A stretch of 64,000 nt of DNA, taken from an uncultured Candidatus Saccharibacteria bacterium (GTDB taxonomy: Bacteria > Patescibacteriota > Minisyncoccia > UBA6257 > 1-14-0-10-44-23). Below the pieces are notes generated by a model. The model was not told the DNA's origin and did no database searches. It was given only the letters and a program-made list of their open reading frames with translations. The stretch covers positions 14,634-78,633 of the forward strand of contig CAZJVT010000003.1 of NCBI GenBank assembly GCA_964549935.1, in the 5' to 3' direction. Positions 1 through 9,027 of this stretch are shown one piece after another. The position numbers were made by a program, and so were the translations under genes. Each line of letters begins with the position of its first letter. The stretch's first letter is position 1.

Positions 1-315
1 AATGCCTTCCAGTACGATGGCCCGGAAACCTTCCTCGAGGCTCTCGAAAGCGACGAGATCGACGTCTACGAGGGGGTATGCGAGAGCGAGCCGAACGAGC
101 ATTGCGTCCGGGCCCAGGGGCGCTTCCGAAGCGGCAGCTACTGCCACGACCTCAACCTCATGCTGCTGATGCCGGCCTGGGATCGGGAGAACGGACCCGG
201 CTCCCTCGCCCTCGCCAAGGCGGTCGTGGCCTCGTGGTCAGAGCTGAGGCGCCTGCATACGCCGGCACCGTTCCTCGCCTCGCCTGCTTCGTCTCTATCC
301 ATGTCCCTCTGCTGA
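1..315 (+). CDS. 3' end of a CDS that begins upstream of the window (hypothetical)
   Basis: Frame 1 is open from nt 1 to TGA at 313-315 (...WDRENGPGSLALAKAVVASWSELRRLHTPAPF...). It is absent from the ORF track because it has no in-window start. The next gene starts 2 nt later. Confidence 0.3.
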   Translation, partial: NAFQYDGPETFLEALESDEIDVYEGVCESEPNEHCVRAQGRFRSGSYCHDLNLMLLMPAWDRENGPGSLALAKAVVASWSELRRLHTPAPFLASPASSLSMSLC

Positions 316-317
316 GG

Positions 318-899
318 ATGTCACCGATGCGCGCGCCAGTAGCTCTCTACCACGATTTTATCGGCAGCCCTGGACGCGAGACCGCCTTCGCCGATCTCTG
401 GGAGAACCTGCCCTGGGAACGGCGTCCGGACGCGCCTCGGCGCGAATGCTGGATGAACGACTACATGATGCCGTACACCTACGGCACCGGCAGTGGCGTC
501 CGCACCTACGAGTCCGTGAAGTGGAACACGACCATCCGCGAAGAGCGGGACATCCTGAAGATCAAGCACGGGCACTGGTTCGGCGCCTGCTTCGTCAACG
601 GCTACGAGGATGGTCGCGACGCCCTCGGCTGGCACAGCGACGACAACCCGGAGATCGACGCCACGATGCCGATCGCCGTCATCAGCCTCGGCGCCGAGCG
701 CGAGATCTGGTTCAGGCCCATCGGCGCCAAGGGCGAGGATTCGATCGAGAAGCTGCTCCTGCCCTCGGGCTCGCTGCTGATGATGGAGCCAGGGATGCAG
801 CAGGCTTGGCAGCATCGCATTCCGAAGGCGTCCTTCTCACCTTGTCCGCCGCGGATCAGCCTGACCTATCGCGGACTGATGAAGAAGAGAGGCTGGTGA
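318..899 (+). CDS. AlkB-like 2OG-Fe(II) dioxygenase (alkylation repair family)
   Basis: GWHSDD...(HxD) and a distal His (WQHRIP). C-terminal ISLTYR resembles the AlkB NLTFR motif. Start taken at M81 of ORF 78..899. Confidence 0.65.
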   Translation: MSPMRAPVALYHDFIGSPGRETAFADLWENLPWERRPDAPRRECWMNDYMMPYTYGTGSGVRTYESVKWNTTIREERDILKIKHGHWFGACFVNGYEDGRDALGWHSDDNPEIDATMPIAVISLGAEREIWFRPIGAKGEDSIEKLLLPSGSLLMMEPGMQQAWQHRIPKASFSPCPPRISLTYRGLMKKRGW

Positions 900-932
900 C
901 GTCCGGCCGCTGCAGCCTGAACGGATCCGTTC

Positions 933-2093
933 TCAGGCGCGCATGTCGCTCGACACGAGGACCAGAGACCGGCCTTCGGTTGCTTGCAGGGGGATCATGA
1001 CACGGCGGTAGCGCGTATCGATCGGATCCCCGTCTGCCTTCATGACGATTGCCCGGCAATCCTCGACGATGGCCTCGCCCTGCTCGACCGCGCGATCGTA
1101 GCCATGGGCGCACCACTCGCCATAGTCCTTGTCCGGAGCGTGGCGGATGTCGGTGCCGATAAGCCGCGCGCGTTCGTCCGGGGTGTAGAAGCGAAGGGCA
1201 GATCCGATATGAAGCCAGGCCCAGTCGGTCTTCGCGCCATGCTTCCCTGGGGAGCTCATCGCGATGCTGGTCCGGCCGGACTCGTCCGCGTTCGCGAACT
1301 GCAGGGCCGTCGACACGTCGGCCTTGCCCAGCAAATCCCTCGACTCCTGGACGAGCGAGATCAGGCGCCGATGCTTGTCGTGAAACAGGACCGACATTGG
1401 CCGCGAGTCGAACATGAACCGGGTCTTCCGTGGGCGAGCCGGCCCCCTCAGCAGATCCGTGACCCGGTCCAGGGCGGCGGTCTGCGAGCTCATGGTCTCG
1501 ACCGCCCAGCCCTCGCCGTCACGGACGGTGAGCTCGATGTCGACCTTGCCGGCCAGGGCGATCAGCCTGAAGAGGGTGTCGACGGTCTTCGGCTGCATCT
1601 GCGGCGGAGAGAGACGGAAATGGATGCGGCCCGGTGAGTGACGCACCTCGAGCCATCCCAGGCATCGCACCGTGAAGCCGCCGACGTCGAAGTCGCCCTT
1701 CGTGTACCCGAGGTTCTCCCGGAGATCTGGCGAGTCGACTGGCCAGGCTTCGCCCATATCGTCGTAGACCACATGCAGGTCGCTGGTGCGTGACCCTTGA
1801 AGAGCAGCGGCGAAGCCGATCCCTGAATGGGGCCAGATCCCGGGGGAGCGGGCGTCGACCAGCTGCTGGGTCGCCATCCGGACGGCCAGGCGAATGGCAT
1901 CGACCTCATGGGCCGGCGGCGACGGGACCTCGCCGTACCAATAGCGCTTGATCCTGCCTTCGCTCATCCCGATGAGCTTGGATGCGCCTCGGATGCCAGC
2001 CTTGATGTTCTCGCCTGGCTTCGTGAGCTGGGCTGCCCTGCGAACAAGGCTCTGCATTTCTTCGCGGATTTCGTCAGGCGTGATCAGGCGCAT
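933..2093 (-). CDS. hypothetical protein, N-terminal helix-turn-helix-like segment
   Basis: 386-aa ORF. N-terminal segment ...SKLIGMSEGRIKRYWYGE looks HTH-like. It is divergent from the 2286 operon across a 190-bp AT-rich spacer. Confidence 0.5.
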   Translation of the reverse strand: MRLITPDEIREEMQSLVRRAAQLTKPGENIKAGIRGASKLIGMSEGRIKRYWYGEVPSPPAHEVDAIRLAVRMATQQLVDARSPGIWPHSGIGFAAALQGSRTSDLHVVYDDMGEAWPVDSPDLRENLGYTKGDFDVGGFTVRCLGWLEVRHSPGRIHFRLSPPQMQPKTVDTLFRLIALAGKVDIELTVRDGEGWAVETMSSQTAALDRVTDLLRGPARPRKTRFMFDSRPMSVLFHDKHRRLISLVQESRDLLGKADVSTALQFANADESGRTSIAMSSPGKHGAKTDWAWLHIGSALRFYTPDERARLIGTDIRHAPDKDYGEWCAHGYDRAVEQGEAIVEDCRAIVMKADGDPIDTRYRRVMIPLQATEGRSLVLVSSDMRA

Positions 2094-2242
2094 AGGTCTT
2101 CTGCCAGGTGCTCAAAACAGAAAAAGCCTCGATGCAATCCTGCATCGGCCATGGGCAGCGTCAACAACTTCAAATTTATATAAATGAGCCTAATCCATTA
2201 ACCAAGAAGAGATTTTTAGGCCCTTTCATTGACGATTTCTTA

Positions 2243-2266
2243 TTAATCCTGTAGGCTTCCTATTAT
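2243..2266 (+). promoter_or_regulatory. recurring motif copy 1: TTAATCCTGTAGGCTTCCTATTAT
   Basis: Matches core TTAATCYTGTMTnCT and lies 43 nt before ATG 2286. An AT-rich spacer with TTGACG sits upstream. Confidence 0.5.
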
Positions 2267-2285
2267 TCGCAGATAGGATGCCGAT

Positions 2286-3113
2286 ATGTCCGACGCCCCG
2301 GAGTTCAGCGATCTGCAGCGACAGATGATGCTCCATGCCATCGGCGCCGGCGAGGGCAAGGGCCCCTACCGCAACCGCTATTTCCTCTACCGCGGATCCG
2401 ACCGGCAGCCCGCCTGGGACGACCTCGTGGCCCGCGGCTATGCAGGCTTCGAAGACATGCCGCCGGTCGCCGGCCTGAGCCCGGACGATCCGCCGACCCC
2501 GTCCAAGCAGCGCTGCTACTGGCTGACGGAAAAGGCCCTCTTTCATCCGGATCTCCACCGGGGCCAGAAGCCGGTGCTGGTCTCCTCCATGTACTTCTCC
2601 TACGACGGCCATCAGCGCGCGGGCGTCACCGCGAAGACCACCTTCGACGCGATCCTTCTCGGCCAGCGCACATCGACCACCCGTTTCCGGAAGTGGGGCG
2701 GCACCGATAAGTGGGCGGCCAAGGAGGCCGGCACCCTCGTACGCTTCCATGCGGACAAGCTCTGCAAGTCGGACGAGTACGTCGACGTGGTCATCACCGC
2801 GGTCGAGAACATCGACCTTCGCTGGTGCGCTCCCGCGGATCGGGAGCGCTGGAGCCGGTGCGAGGGCTGGACCGAGTCCCAGGGGCAGACCTTCGGCATG
2901 CGCAACGGCAACGCGGTCTGGGTCCACTACAAGCTACTCACCATGAGCCCAGGCGCCGAGAAGCGCCTCGAGCGAGCCAAGGCGCAGATCGCCCACGAGG
3001 CCGAAGTCATGGCGCGTCTGGCTGCCGAGCAGAAGGCTGCCGACGAGGCCGGGGAGACGGCCGAGGCCGTTCCCGAAAGAGCCGCAACCCGCAACCTGGA
3101 GCCCACGGCATGA
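2286..3113 (+). CDS. hypothetical protein (275 aa)
   Basis: First gene after motif copy 1, with coding-like composition. The C-terminal 130 aa vaguely resemble an ASCH/PUA-like fold (GQRTSTTRF). Confidence 0.5.
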   Translation: MSDAPEFSDLQRQMMLHAIGAGEGKGPYRNRYFLYRGSDRQPAWDDLVARGYAGFEDMPPVAGLSPDDPPTPSKQRCYWLTEKALFHPDLHRGQKPVLVSSMYFSYDGHQRAGVTAKTTFDAILLGQRTSTTRFRKWGGTDKWAAKEAGTLVRFHADKLCKSDEYVDVVITAVENIDLRWCAPADRERWSRCEGWTESQGQTFGMRNGNAVWVHYKLLTMSPGAEKRLERAKAQIAHEAEVMARLAAEQKAADEAGETAEAVPERAATRNLEPTA

Positions 3114-3343
3114 GCAAGCCAGTTCCCGTCGACTTCCGCCCGATCTCCGAAACAGCCCTTCGCGCCATCGTCGGCGTCATGGGACCGTCGGCGGTCGCCA
3201 AGCAGGCGATCGATCATTGCCAGGAGATCCGCGGCCGCGGCGGGGACCCGGTCTGCATGAAGGGTCCCGACAGCTATGTCGTGCTGGACGCCGTCGCCGC
3301 CGTGAAGGGCGATGCCGACCGCGGCATCCAGCTGGCGATCTAG
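3110..3343 (+). CDS. small hypothetical protein (77 aa)
   Basis: ATG at 3110 overlaps the TGA of the upstream gene (ATGA) and is in frame within ORF 2711..3343. Confidence 0.3.
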   Translation: MSKPVPVDFRPISETALRAIVGVMGPSAVAKQAIDHCQEIRGRGGDPVCMKGPDSYVVLDAVAAVKGDADRGIQLAI

Positions 3344-3354
3344 TCGGCGGACCG

Positions 3355-4101
3355 ATGACCCGCCAGACGCGCATCGTCCTCTCCGGCGCCGACGAGGACG
3401 TCGACCTCCAGGCCCTCGCCGCGATCGTCGGCGGCAAGCCATGGCTCGAGCTCGGCATCCTTTCGGCCGGCAAGACGAGCGCGATGTACCGATATCCCGA
3501 GATGCCCTGGATCCTGGCGCTCGGCCAGGCGGGCATCGCTCCGCTGTCGCTGCATCTCTGCGGGCGCGAGACCCAGCGCTTCGTCGTCGGCGAGCTGATC
3601 GGCGCGCCCAAGGGCTTCCAGACCCTCCAGATCAACACCAAGGGTCTCATCGATCGCCTCGATGTGCCGTCGTTGATGACCGCCATGTGGGACATGTGGC
3701 GGACCGTCTCGCACTTCGTCGTGCAGGTCCCCTCGATCGATCATCCGATGGTGCGCGCGGTGGCCGAGCTGGCTCCGCCGAACGCAGGGATCCTCGCGGA
3801 TGGATCGGGCGGCACCGGCAATCCTCACTGGAAGCCGGCGCTTCCATCCGATCCCAAGCTGGCTGCCAGGCTCGAGGGACGCATCGGCTTCGCCGGCGGC
3901 CTCACACCTGAAACAGTCGGCCCGCGCCATGCCGAAATCCGCGAGGCGCTCGGCCATGACCGCTTCTGGATGGACATGGAGACGGGCCTTCGCACCAAGG
4001 ACGACCTGATGGACCTCGAGAAGGTGCGACAGGTGGTGGAGACGATGGAAATCGCCTTGGCGGAACCTTCGCTGGCCGCCTCTTCTTCGCCGACGGTTTA
4101 G
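3355..4101 (+). CDS. phosphoribosylanthranilate isomerase (TrpF)-like TIM-barrel protein
   Basis: C-terminal half matches the PRAI pattern: ILADGSGGTGNPHW (compare LLD..GGSG..FDW), FAGGL, and downstream G/D positions. The N-terminus is divergent. Confidence 0.45.
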   Translation: MTRQTRIVLSGADEDVDLQALAAIVGGKPWLELGILSAGKTSAMYRYPEMPWILALGQAGIAPLSLHLCGRETQRFVVGELIGAPKGFQTLQINTKGLIDRLDVPSLMTAMWDMWRTVSHFVVQVPSIDHPMVRAVAELAPPNAGILADGSGGTGNPHWKPALPSDPKLAARLEGRIGFAGGLTPETVGPRHAEIREALGHDRFWMDMETGLRTKDDLMDLEKVRQVVETMEIALAEPSLAASSSPTV

Positions 4102-4123
4102 AAGAAGAGCCACAGGCTGCCCT

Positions 4124-4819
4124 ATGCAAACTCGACGATTTCCTGGCTCTCATCTCGCAATTGGGTCACGCGAGATACAGATCCTCCGACGCCTGGCCTG
4201 GCCAGAAGGCGGCAAGAAAAGCTTAAAGCCGGTGCGACTGGGCAGCGGAGATGCCTATGTCGTGCGTGGCCGAGGTGCGGGATTTCACGGCACGGATCTG
4301 GCTCTCCATCCCATCAAGGCACAGCGCCTGAAGCGTCTGCTCCTGGTCGATCTCAATGGAGCCATCACCTGCGCCGGTCATAAAGCTCTCATCGACCTGC
4401 TGCTTCATCCCGTCTTCAACGATCGGGCGGAACCCTGCGCCAAGGCAGAAGAAGCTCTGAAGACCGCGACGATCAACGACTTGTCGCGAATTCTGGAGAC
4501 CCACTCCGATCTCGCCCACATCCTGCTGGACCAGGACCTCGCATGCCTCTGGAAGTTCGAGCCGAAAGTAGATCGCAGGGCATTGGCGATGCGGCATTTC
4601 GAAGCCGCTGTCCTTCGTGCAACCGAAGGCAACCAGAACGATCGTGCCCTGGAAATGGACCGCGAAGTCATTGAGAGGTCTGTCGAGATCCCGGTGGCCG
4701 AGCTGCCATACATCGAGAATAGCCTGACGAAGGCGCTGATTCCGATCCTTCGATGGTTTCGTTTGTTCCCGCGGCCCGTACACCGCGCAGACTCCGCATC
4801 GCCGGCCTGGCATTCATGA
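4124..4819 (+). CDS. hypothetical protein, tandem paralog family 1 (member a)
   Basis: Shares LRRLAWPEGG...GFHGTDLALHP...ITCAGHKALIDLLLHP with the next gene. Confidence 0.5.
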   Translation: MQTRRFPGSHLAIGSREIQILRRLAWPEGGKKSLKPVRLGSGDAYVVRGRGAGFHGTDLALHPIKAQRLKRLLLVDLNGAITCAGHKALIDLLLHPVFNDRAEPCAKAEEALKTATINDLSRILETHSDLAHILLDQDLACLWKFEPKVDRRALAMRHFEAAVLRATEGNQNDRALEMDREVIERSVEIPVAELPYIENSLTKALIPILRWFRLFPRPVHRADSASPAWHS

Positions 4820-5370
4820 CCCGTGCCTCCCTTCCCCGTCCCGGCATCAGCTGCGGCATCTCCATGCGGGACTTCCAGGTCCTGCGGCGCCTGGCGATCC
4901 CCTCCGAGGACGGCGAGGCCCGCGCGGTCCGGAAGGGCAGCAACAGCAACTATTTCGTCACCGGCACCGGGCCGGCCTTCCATCAGCACGACCTCCATAT
5001 CCAGAAGAGCAGCATCGGCGTGCTGAGCCATTTCGGGCTGATCGACGAAGCTGGTCGGATCACCGTCGCCGGTCACGACTATCTTCGGAGCTTCCTGCTT
5101 CATCCTCTCGACCTCGATGCCGACGGACGTCGCGAGACCGCCGAGACCGCACTCCGCGGACTGCGCATGGAGACGATGGGCGTCATCGCCGGCGACATGA
5201 TCCAGATCGGACGGATTTTCGAATCCACGGATGCCCGGTGGCTCGTCCACTGCGAGCCCAAGCTCGATCCGGTCGCTTATGCGCTGCGTCGGGCGGAAGA
5301 GATCCTGATCGGCACGCTCGACGCCGATCTGACACCTGCGGCAATCGGGCCGCGAGGCCCCGGAGAGTAA
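4816..5370 (+). CDS. hypothetical protein, tandem paralog family 1 (member b)
   Basis: ATG 4816 overlaps the upstream TGA (ATGA). Shares LRRLAIPSEDG...AFHQHDLHI...ITVAGHDYLRSFLLHP with member a. Confidence 0.5.
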   Translation: MTRASLPRPGISCGISMRDFQVLRRLAIPSEDGEARAVRKGSNSNYFVTGTGPAFHQHDLHIQKSSIGVLSHFGLIDEAGRITVAGHDYLRSFLLHPLDLDADGRRETAETALRGLRMETMGVIAGDMIQIGRIFESTDARWLVHCEPKLDPVAYALRRAEEILIGTLDADLTPAAIGPRGPGE

Positions 5371-5593
5371 AGGCATGGCGGGCACGGGGATCTACGCGCC
5401 GATCGGCGCTTTGAGCTTTCTCGCCTCTCCCTTAACTTATCGGCATGTGCCGACACGATCACACCAGCCTCCTGGACCGCGTTTCCACCGGCATCGGGGC
5501 ATTGCGTCGTGGCGGCGGGTCCTCCGCCAGAGCCGGCCTTCCTGCCGCTGCCCTGTCAGAAAATAGCCGCTTCGGACATCGAGAAAACTAACC

Positions 5594-6172
5594 ATGAGCG
5601 TCGCCAACACGGATCTCCCAGCTCCTCCCGACGGCTTCGCCGGGCCCGAGGATCCGCTCTTCGCCGTGCGCCATGGCGATGCTGGCTTCTTCCTCCGTCC
5701 CATGGGCGTGTGGCCGGCCTTCCAGTTCTATGGTCGCTGCAGCCAGCTCTACTTCGACGGCAATGATCACCTGACCGGCCAGGCGCAGCTCGGGCTTCGC
5801 ATGGTGAAGTCCTCGGGCGACAAGACCTTCCTTCGCATCGTCGAGCCTTGGGCTCGGATCGAACCGCTTCTGCGCCGGACCTGGCTTCGGCTCGAGTGGG
5901 GCCAGCCCCACGTCGCCGCGAAGGTGCTCGAGCTCATCGAGCCGACTCTCAACAGCAACGGGACCTATGCCGTGGCGATCACCGACGACGGGGTACGTCG
6001 GATCCGGTTCAACGGCGCCATCGTCTTCATCAAGGATTTCTGGCCAGGCAAGGGGCTGGTAGACGTCCTCGATCAGCTGGCGGCCGAACATGGATTCGCC
6101 GTCGAGGATCTGCATCACGAGCCGATGGAGCCGCCGATCGGACGGTCAAGGTCGCCGGAGATGTCGCCATGA
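5594..6172 (+). CDS. hypothetical protein, tandem paralog family 2 (member a); ends ...SPEMSP
   Basis: 192 aa. The 3' end carries the conserved junction GGAGATGTCGCCATGA. Confidence 0.5.
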   Translation: MSVANTDLPAPPDGFAGPEDPLFAVRHGDAGFFLRPMGVWPAFQFYGRCSQLYFDGNDHLTGQAQLGLRMVKSSGDKTFLRIVEPWARIEPLLRRTWLRLEWGQPHVAAKVLELIEPTLNSNGTYAVAITDDGVRRIRFNGAIVFIKDFWPGKGLVDVLDQLAAEHGFAVEDLHHEPMEPPIGRSRSPEMSP

Positions 6173-6798
6173 GCCTCAAGCCGGCGATCACCGTCTCCTC
6201 CGGGCTTCCTCCATTGCCCGACGGCGTCGCCGAGGCTGGCGACCCCCTCTGGAGCGAGCGCTTCGGCGACGCCAAGTATGTGCTCAAGCAAGCCGGCGTC
6301 TGGTGGGAGACATTCGGTCGCTGCAGCCGTCTTGTCGAACGCTTCCGAAATCGCTGGACCGCTCAGATGGGCATCGAGCTTCGGCTCGTCAAAGGATGCC
6401 CTCTCGATCACAGGCAGGCGATCGAGAGCTGGAAAGCGATCGGCCCCTTGATGAAGCGCGAATGGCTCGCGCGACACGACGGGCCGCCGATCCCTGCGAG
6501 GATCATCCCCTTCCTGACGCCGAAGGCGGACACGACCCGCCTCTGGGCCGTGGCGATCAGCGATGACGGGTGCCGGCGCATCCGATATGGCGGCGTCGCA
6601 AAATGGCGAAGCCCTCTCACGTCGATCGTCGACTTCCTTCCCGGCACGGATCTTGGCGACATCCTGCCCATGCTTGCCGCCGATCACGGCTGGGATCCGG
6701 AGGCCCTTGAGATCGAGCGCCTCGATCCGCCTTATGTCCCCTCATTCATGAAGAGCGGAGCGACGAAGCCCGATTCCTCTCTCCGGTTCGGGATCTGA
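6169..6798 (+). CDS. hypothetical protein, tandem paralog family 2 (member b)
   Basis: ATG overlaps the upstream TGA. Shares a motif with member a: AVAISDDGCRRIRYGG versus AVAITDDGVRRIRFNG. Confidence 0.5.
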   Translation: MSLKPAITVSSGLPPLPDGVAEAGDPLWSERFGDAKYVLKQAGVWWETFGRCSRLVERFRNRWTAQMGIELRLVKGCPLDHRQAIESWKAIGPLMKREWLARHDGPPIPARIIPFLTPKADTTRLWAVAISDDGCRRIRYGGVAKWRSPLTSIVDFLPGTDLGDILPMLAADHGWDPEALEIERLDPPYVPSFMKSGATKPDSSLRFGI

Positions 6799-6810
6799 CT
6801 GGAGATCGAG

Positions 6811-7374
6811 ATGGCTTCGCATTTCATGCACACGTCCTTCGGACTCGTCATGCCGCGCGCGGCCGGCATTCTCGTCCTCGCCGCGGCGAAAGCCTGGGAT
6901 GCGATCGAGGGCGATGGCTTTCACGAGAGCGCGCTCGATTTCGTCTCGCATGCAGAGCGCGTCGAGCTCGCCAGGATCGTCGAGGCCCGGGACAGCACCG
7001 ACGACGCCATCTTCGAGTCCCTTTCCGGGATCCTTCGCGAGATCAACGACGAGAACTTCAAGCTCGGCATCCAGCTGTCATGGGAACGCGACGGCGCCAA
7101 CGAGTATCTCTGGGGCCGCTCCGATCAAGGCGGAGACCTGGAGATGGTCGTACGCATCGTCCAGGAATCCATGCGCCGCTACGGCATCGAGTCCGTCTAC
7201 ACCATCAAGTACGCGCACACCTGCTCGAGGCCGATGCTGAACATGTTCGAGGGCGGCGGCGTCGCTTTCGACGCGACGAGAACGGAGTGGATCCAGATCG
7301 GTCCTCTTCTCGATGCGGCGGCCGAGCGCCTTTCCGAGCCCAGGCCCGCTTCACTGCCGTCTCCTGGCGCCTGA
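6811..7374 (+). CDS. hypothetical protein, tandem paralog family 3 (member a)
   Basis: YTIKYAHTCSRPMLNMFEGGGVAFDATRTEWIQIGPLLDAAAERL is conserved in the next gene. Confidence 0.5.
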   Translation: MASHFMHTSFGLVMPRAAGILVLAAAKAWDAIEGDGFHESALDFVSHAERVELARIVEARDSTDDAIFESLSGILREINDENFKLGIQLSWERDGANEYLWGRSDQGGDLEMVVRIVQESMRRYGIESVYTIKYAHTCSRPMLNMFEGGGVAFDATRTEWIQIGPLLDAAAERLSEPRPASLPSPGA

Positions 7375-7391
7375 CCGATCGCGAGAGTCCA

Positions 7392-7958
7392 ATGGCCAAC
7401 AACTACACCCTCACCTCGTTCGCCCTCGAGCTTGATCGCGCCGCGGGCAACCTCCTCATCATCGCCGCCGACGTCTGGAAAGACGACATCGACGCCGCGC
7501 GCGAGAAGATCTCCAAGCTCGAGCAGGAGGAGCTCTGCCAGCTTGCAGCGGCGATCGAGGCGACCGAGCCGGACGCGAACACTGTCATTCTCGCGATCGA
7601 AGCGATGATCGCCGACATCGACCCGGACAAGATGCCGCTCGGCATCGAATTCTCATGGGACGGGCTTCGCAAGAAACCGACCATCTGGGGCCGAAGCGAG
7701 GAAAGCTTCGCCATCGAGAACACCGTCGCCCTGATCCAGTCGGTGATGGCCGCCTTCGGCATCCGGGGGGTCCACACGATCCGCTGGGCGAATACCTGCT
7801 CCAAGCCGGTCTATGACGAGTTCGGCGGCGGCGCCGTGGTGTTCAACGCCGAGGAAGCGACGTGGATCACGCTCGATCCCGCGATAGAAGCCGCCGAGAA
7901 GGCGCTCGCGCCGAAACCGTCTCCAGCTCCCGGTACGGGTCTACAGCGTTTCTCCTGA
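7392..7958 (+). CDS. hypothetical protein, tandem paralog family 3 (member b)
   Basis: HTIRWANTCSKPVYDEFGGGAVVFNAEEATWITLDPAIEAAEKAL aligns with member a. Start at ATG 7392, in frame within ORF 7080..7958. Confidence 0.5.
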   Translation: MANNYTLTSFALELDRAAGNLLIIAADVWKDDIDAAREKISKLEQEELCQLAAAIEATEPDANTVILAIEAMIADIDPDKMPLGIEFSWDGLRKKPTIWGRSEESFAIENTVALIQSVMAAFGIRGVHTIRWANTCSKPVYDEFGGGAVVFNAEEATWITLDPAIEAAEKALAPKPSPAPGTGLQRFS

Positions 7959-7989
7959 TGAAATCAGATTGCCACTTTCTCCGGGATCT

Positions 7990-8008
7990 GTTAACAAATA
8001 CGTTAACA
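7990..8008 (+). promoter_or_regulatory. direct repeat GTTAACA-N5-GTTAACA just upstream of abiEii start
   Basis: Reads GTTAACAAATACGTTAACA, about 18 nt before ATG 8026. This is a candidate operator for TA autoregulation. Confidence 0.35.
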
Positions 8009-8025
8009 CATTTCGGAATCCGAGC

Positions 8026-8988
8026 ATGACCACCCAGATCGTCTACCTGTCGGGAAAAGGGCTTCTCACCCGCGACGAGCAGCTCGAGATCGCTGTGCGC
8101 ATGCAGGGCGCGACGATCGAGGAGATCTTCCGGGCCACCGACTGGGACGTGAAGAAGGCCGTCTTCCAGGGCGGCACCTCGCTCGGCATCTGCTGGAAGT
8201 CGCCTCGGTTCTCGGAAGATCTCGACCTGCTGGTGGCGGCCGATATCGGCGTCGAGGACGTCGCCCGAACGATGCGGCGCGTCGTGGCAAAGGTCGAGCA
8301 GCGCCTGGCGCTCATGATCCCTGGCTCGCGCTTCGAGCTCAAGGAGCCCCAGATCGAGAAGGTGCGCAACCTGATCCGCTGCGAGATCAAGTGGTCGCAT
8401 CCAGGCCGCAAGGACAAGGTCTCGACCCGGGTCGAATTCTACCGCGTCGACAGGGAGCTCCTCGCCCAGTACCAGTCGACCTATGTCAGCCCAAATGCCG
8501 GCAGCATCTGCAACGGTCGCATCGAGGTAACGACGGCGATCCCGGTCGCGACACCGGAGACGCTGCTCGCCGACAAGGTCAAGGCGCTCGCCGACCGTCC
8601 TTTTCTGAAGCATCGCGACCAGTTCGACATCTGGTTCATCTCCAGCGTGATGGGCATCCGCATGGAGCGGCCGCGGCTCCGACAGGCGCTCGAGACCTGC
8701 GCGGCGATGTATAGCTACGACCTCGCCGTCATGCGCGCGAAGCTGGCCGCCTACCTTGCAAGTCCGGTCAGCCTCGACGAGGAGAAGCTCTCCCAGGACC
8801 TTGATCGCTGGCTGCCCGAGGACGTCTACCGGCAGCTCGTCGAGCGCGACACCTTCAAGGAGATGCTCGCTTCCGTGCGAGGGGTCATCGAGCAGACGAT
8901 CGAGGCCATCGACATGAAGCCGACGAGCCCGGCTGGGGGCTCCGGCGGATCGATCCCGGACAGGACGGTTTCCTCGCCGTCGTTCTAG
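8026..8988 (+). CDS. abiEii: AbiEii/AbiGii-family nucleotidyltransferase toxin (DUF1814)
   Basis: FQGGTSLGICWKSPRFSEDLDLLV matches the KGGTAL...RFSEDIDF signature. Length is about 320 aa. Start at M20 of ORF 7969..8988. Confidence 0.65.
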   Translation: MTTQIVYLSGKGLLTRDEQLEIAVRMQGATIEEIFRATDWDVKKAVFQGGTSLGICWKSPRFSEDLDLLVAADIGVEDVARTMRRVVAKVEQRLALMIPGSRFELKEPQIEKVRNLIRCEIKWSHPGRKDKVSTRVEFYRVDRELLAQYQSTYVSPNAGSICNGRIEVTTAIPVATPETLLADKVKALADRPFLKHRDQFDIWFISSVMGIRMERPRLRQALETCAAMYSYDLAVMRAKLAAYLASPVSLDEEKLSQDLDRWLPEDVYRQLVERDTFKEMLASVRGVIEQTIEAIDMKPTSPAGGSGGSIPDRTVSSPSF

Positions 8989-9027
8989 CGTCATCCCCAG
9001 CACCCTTTCTCCAGGGCTTCCGGCATC

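Noticed and set aside
5445-5475. Additional motif copy CTTATCGGCATGTGCCGACACG upstream of 5594
   Set aside because: It shares TTATCG and a TCGGCA-TG-TGCCGA inverted repeat, but lacks the TTAATCYTGT core and sits 130 nt from the start. Too degenerate to count.
7990-8008. Possible CtrA box (TTAA-N7-TTAAC) in GTTAACAAATACGTTAACA
   Set aside because: Half-site spacing is 8 rather than 7 when counted from TTAA, and nothing else in the window indicates cell-cycle control. Kept as a generic direct repeat or operator instead.
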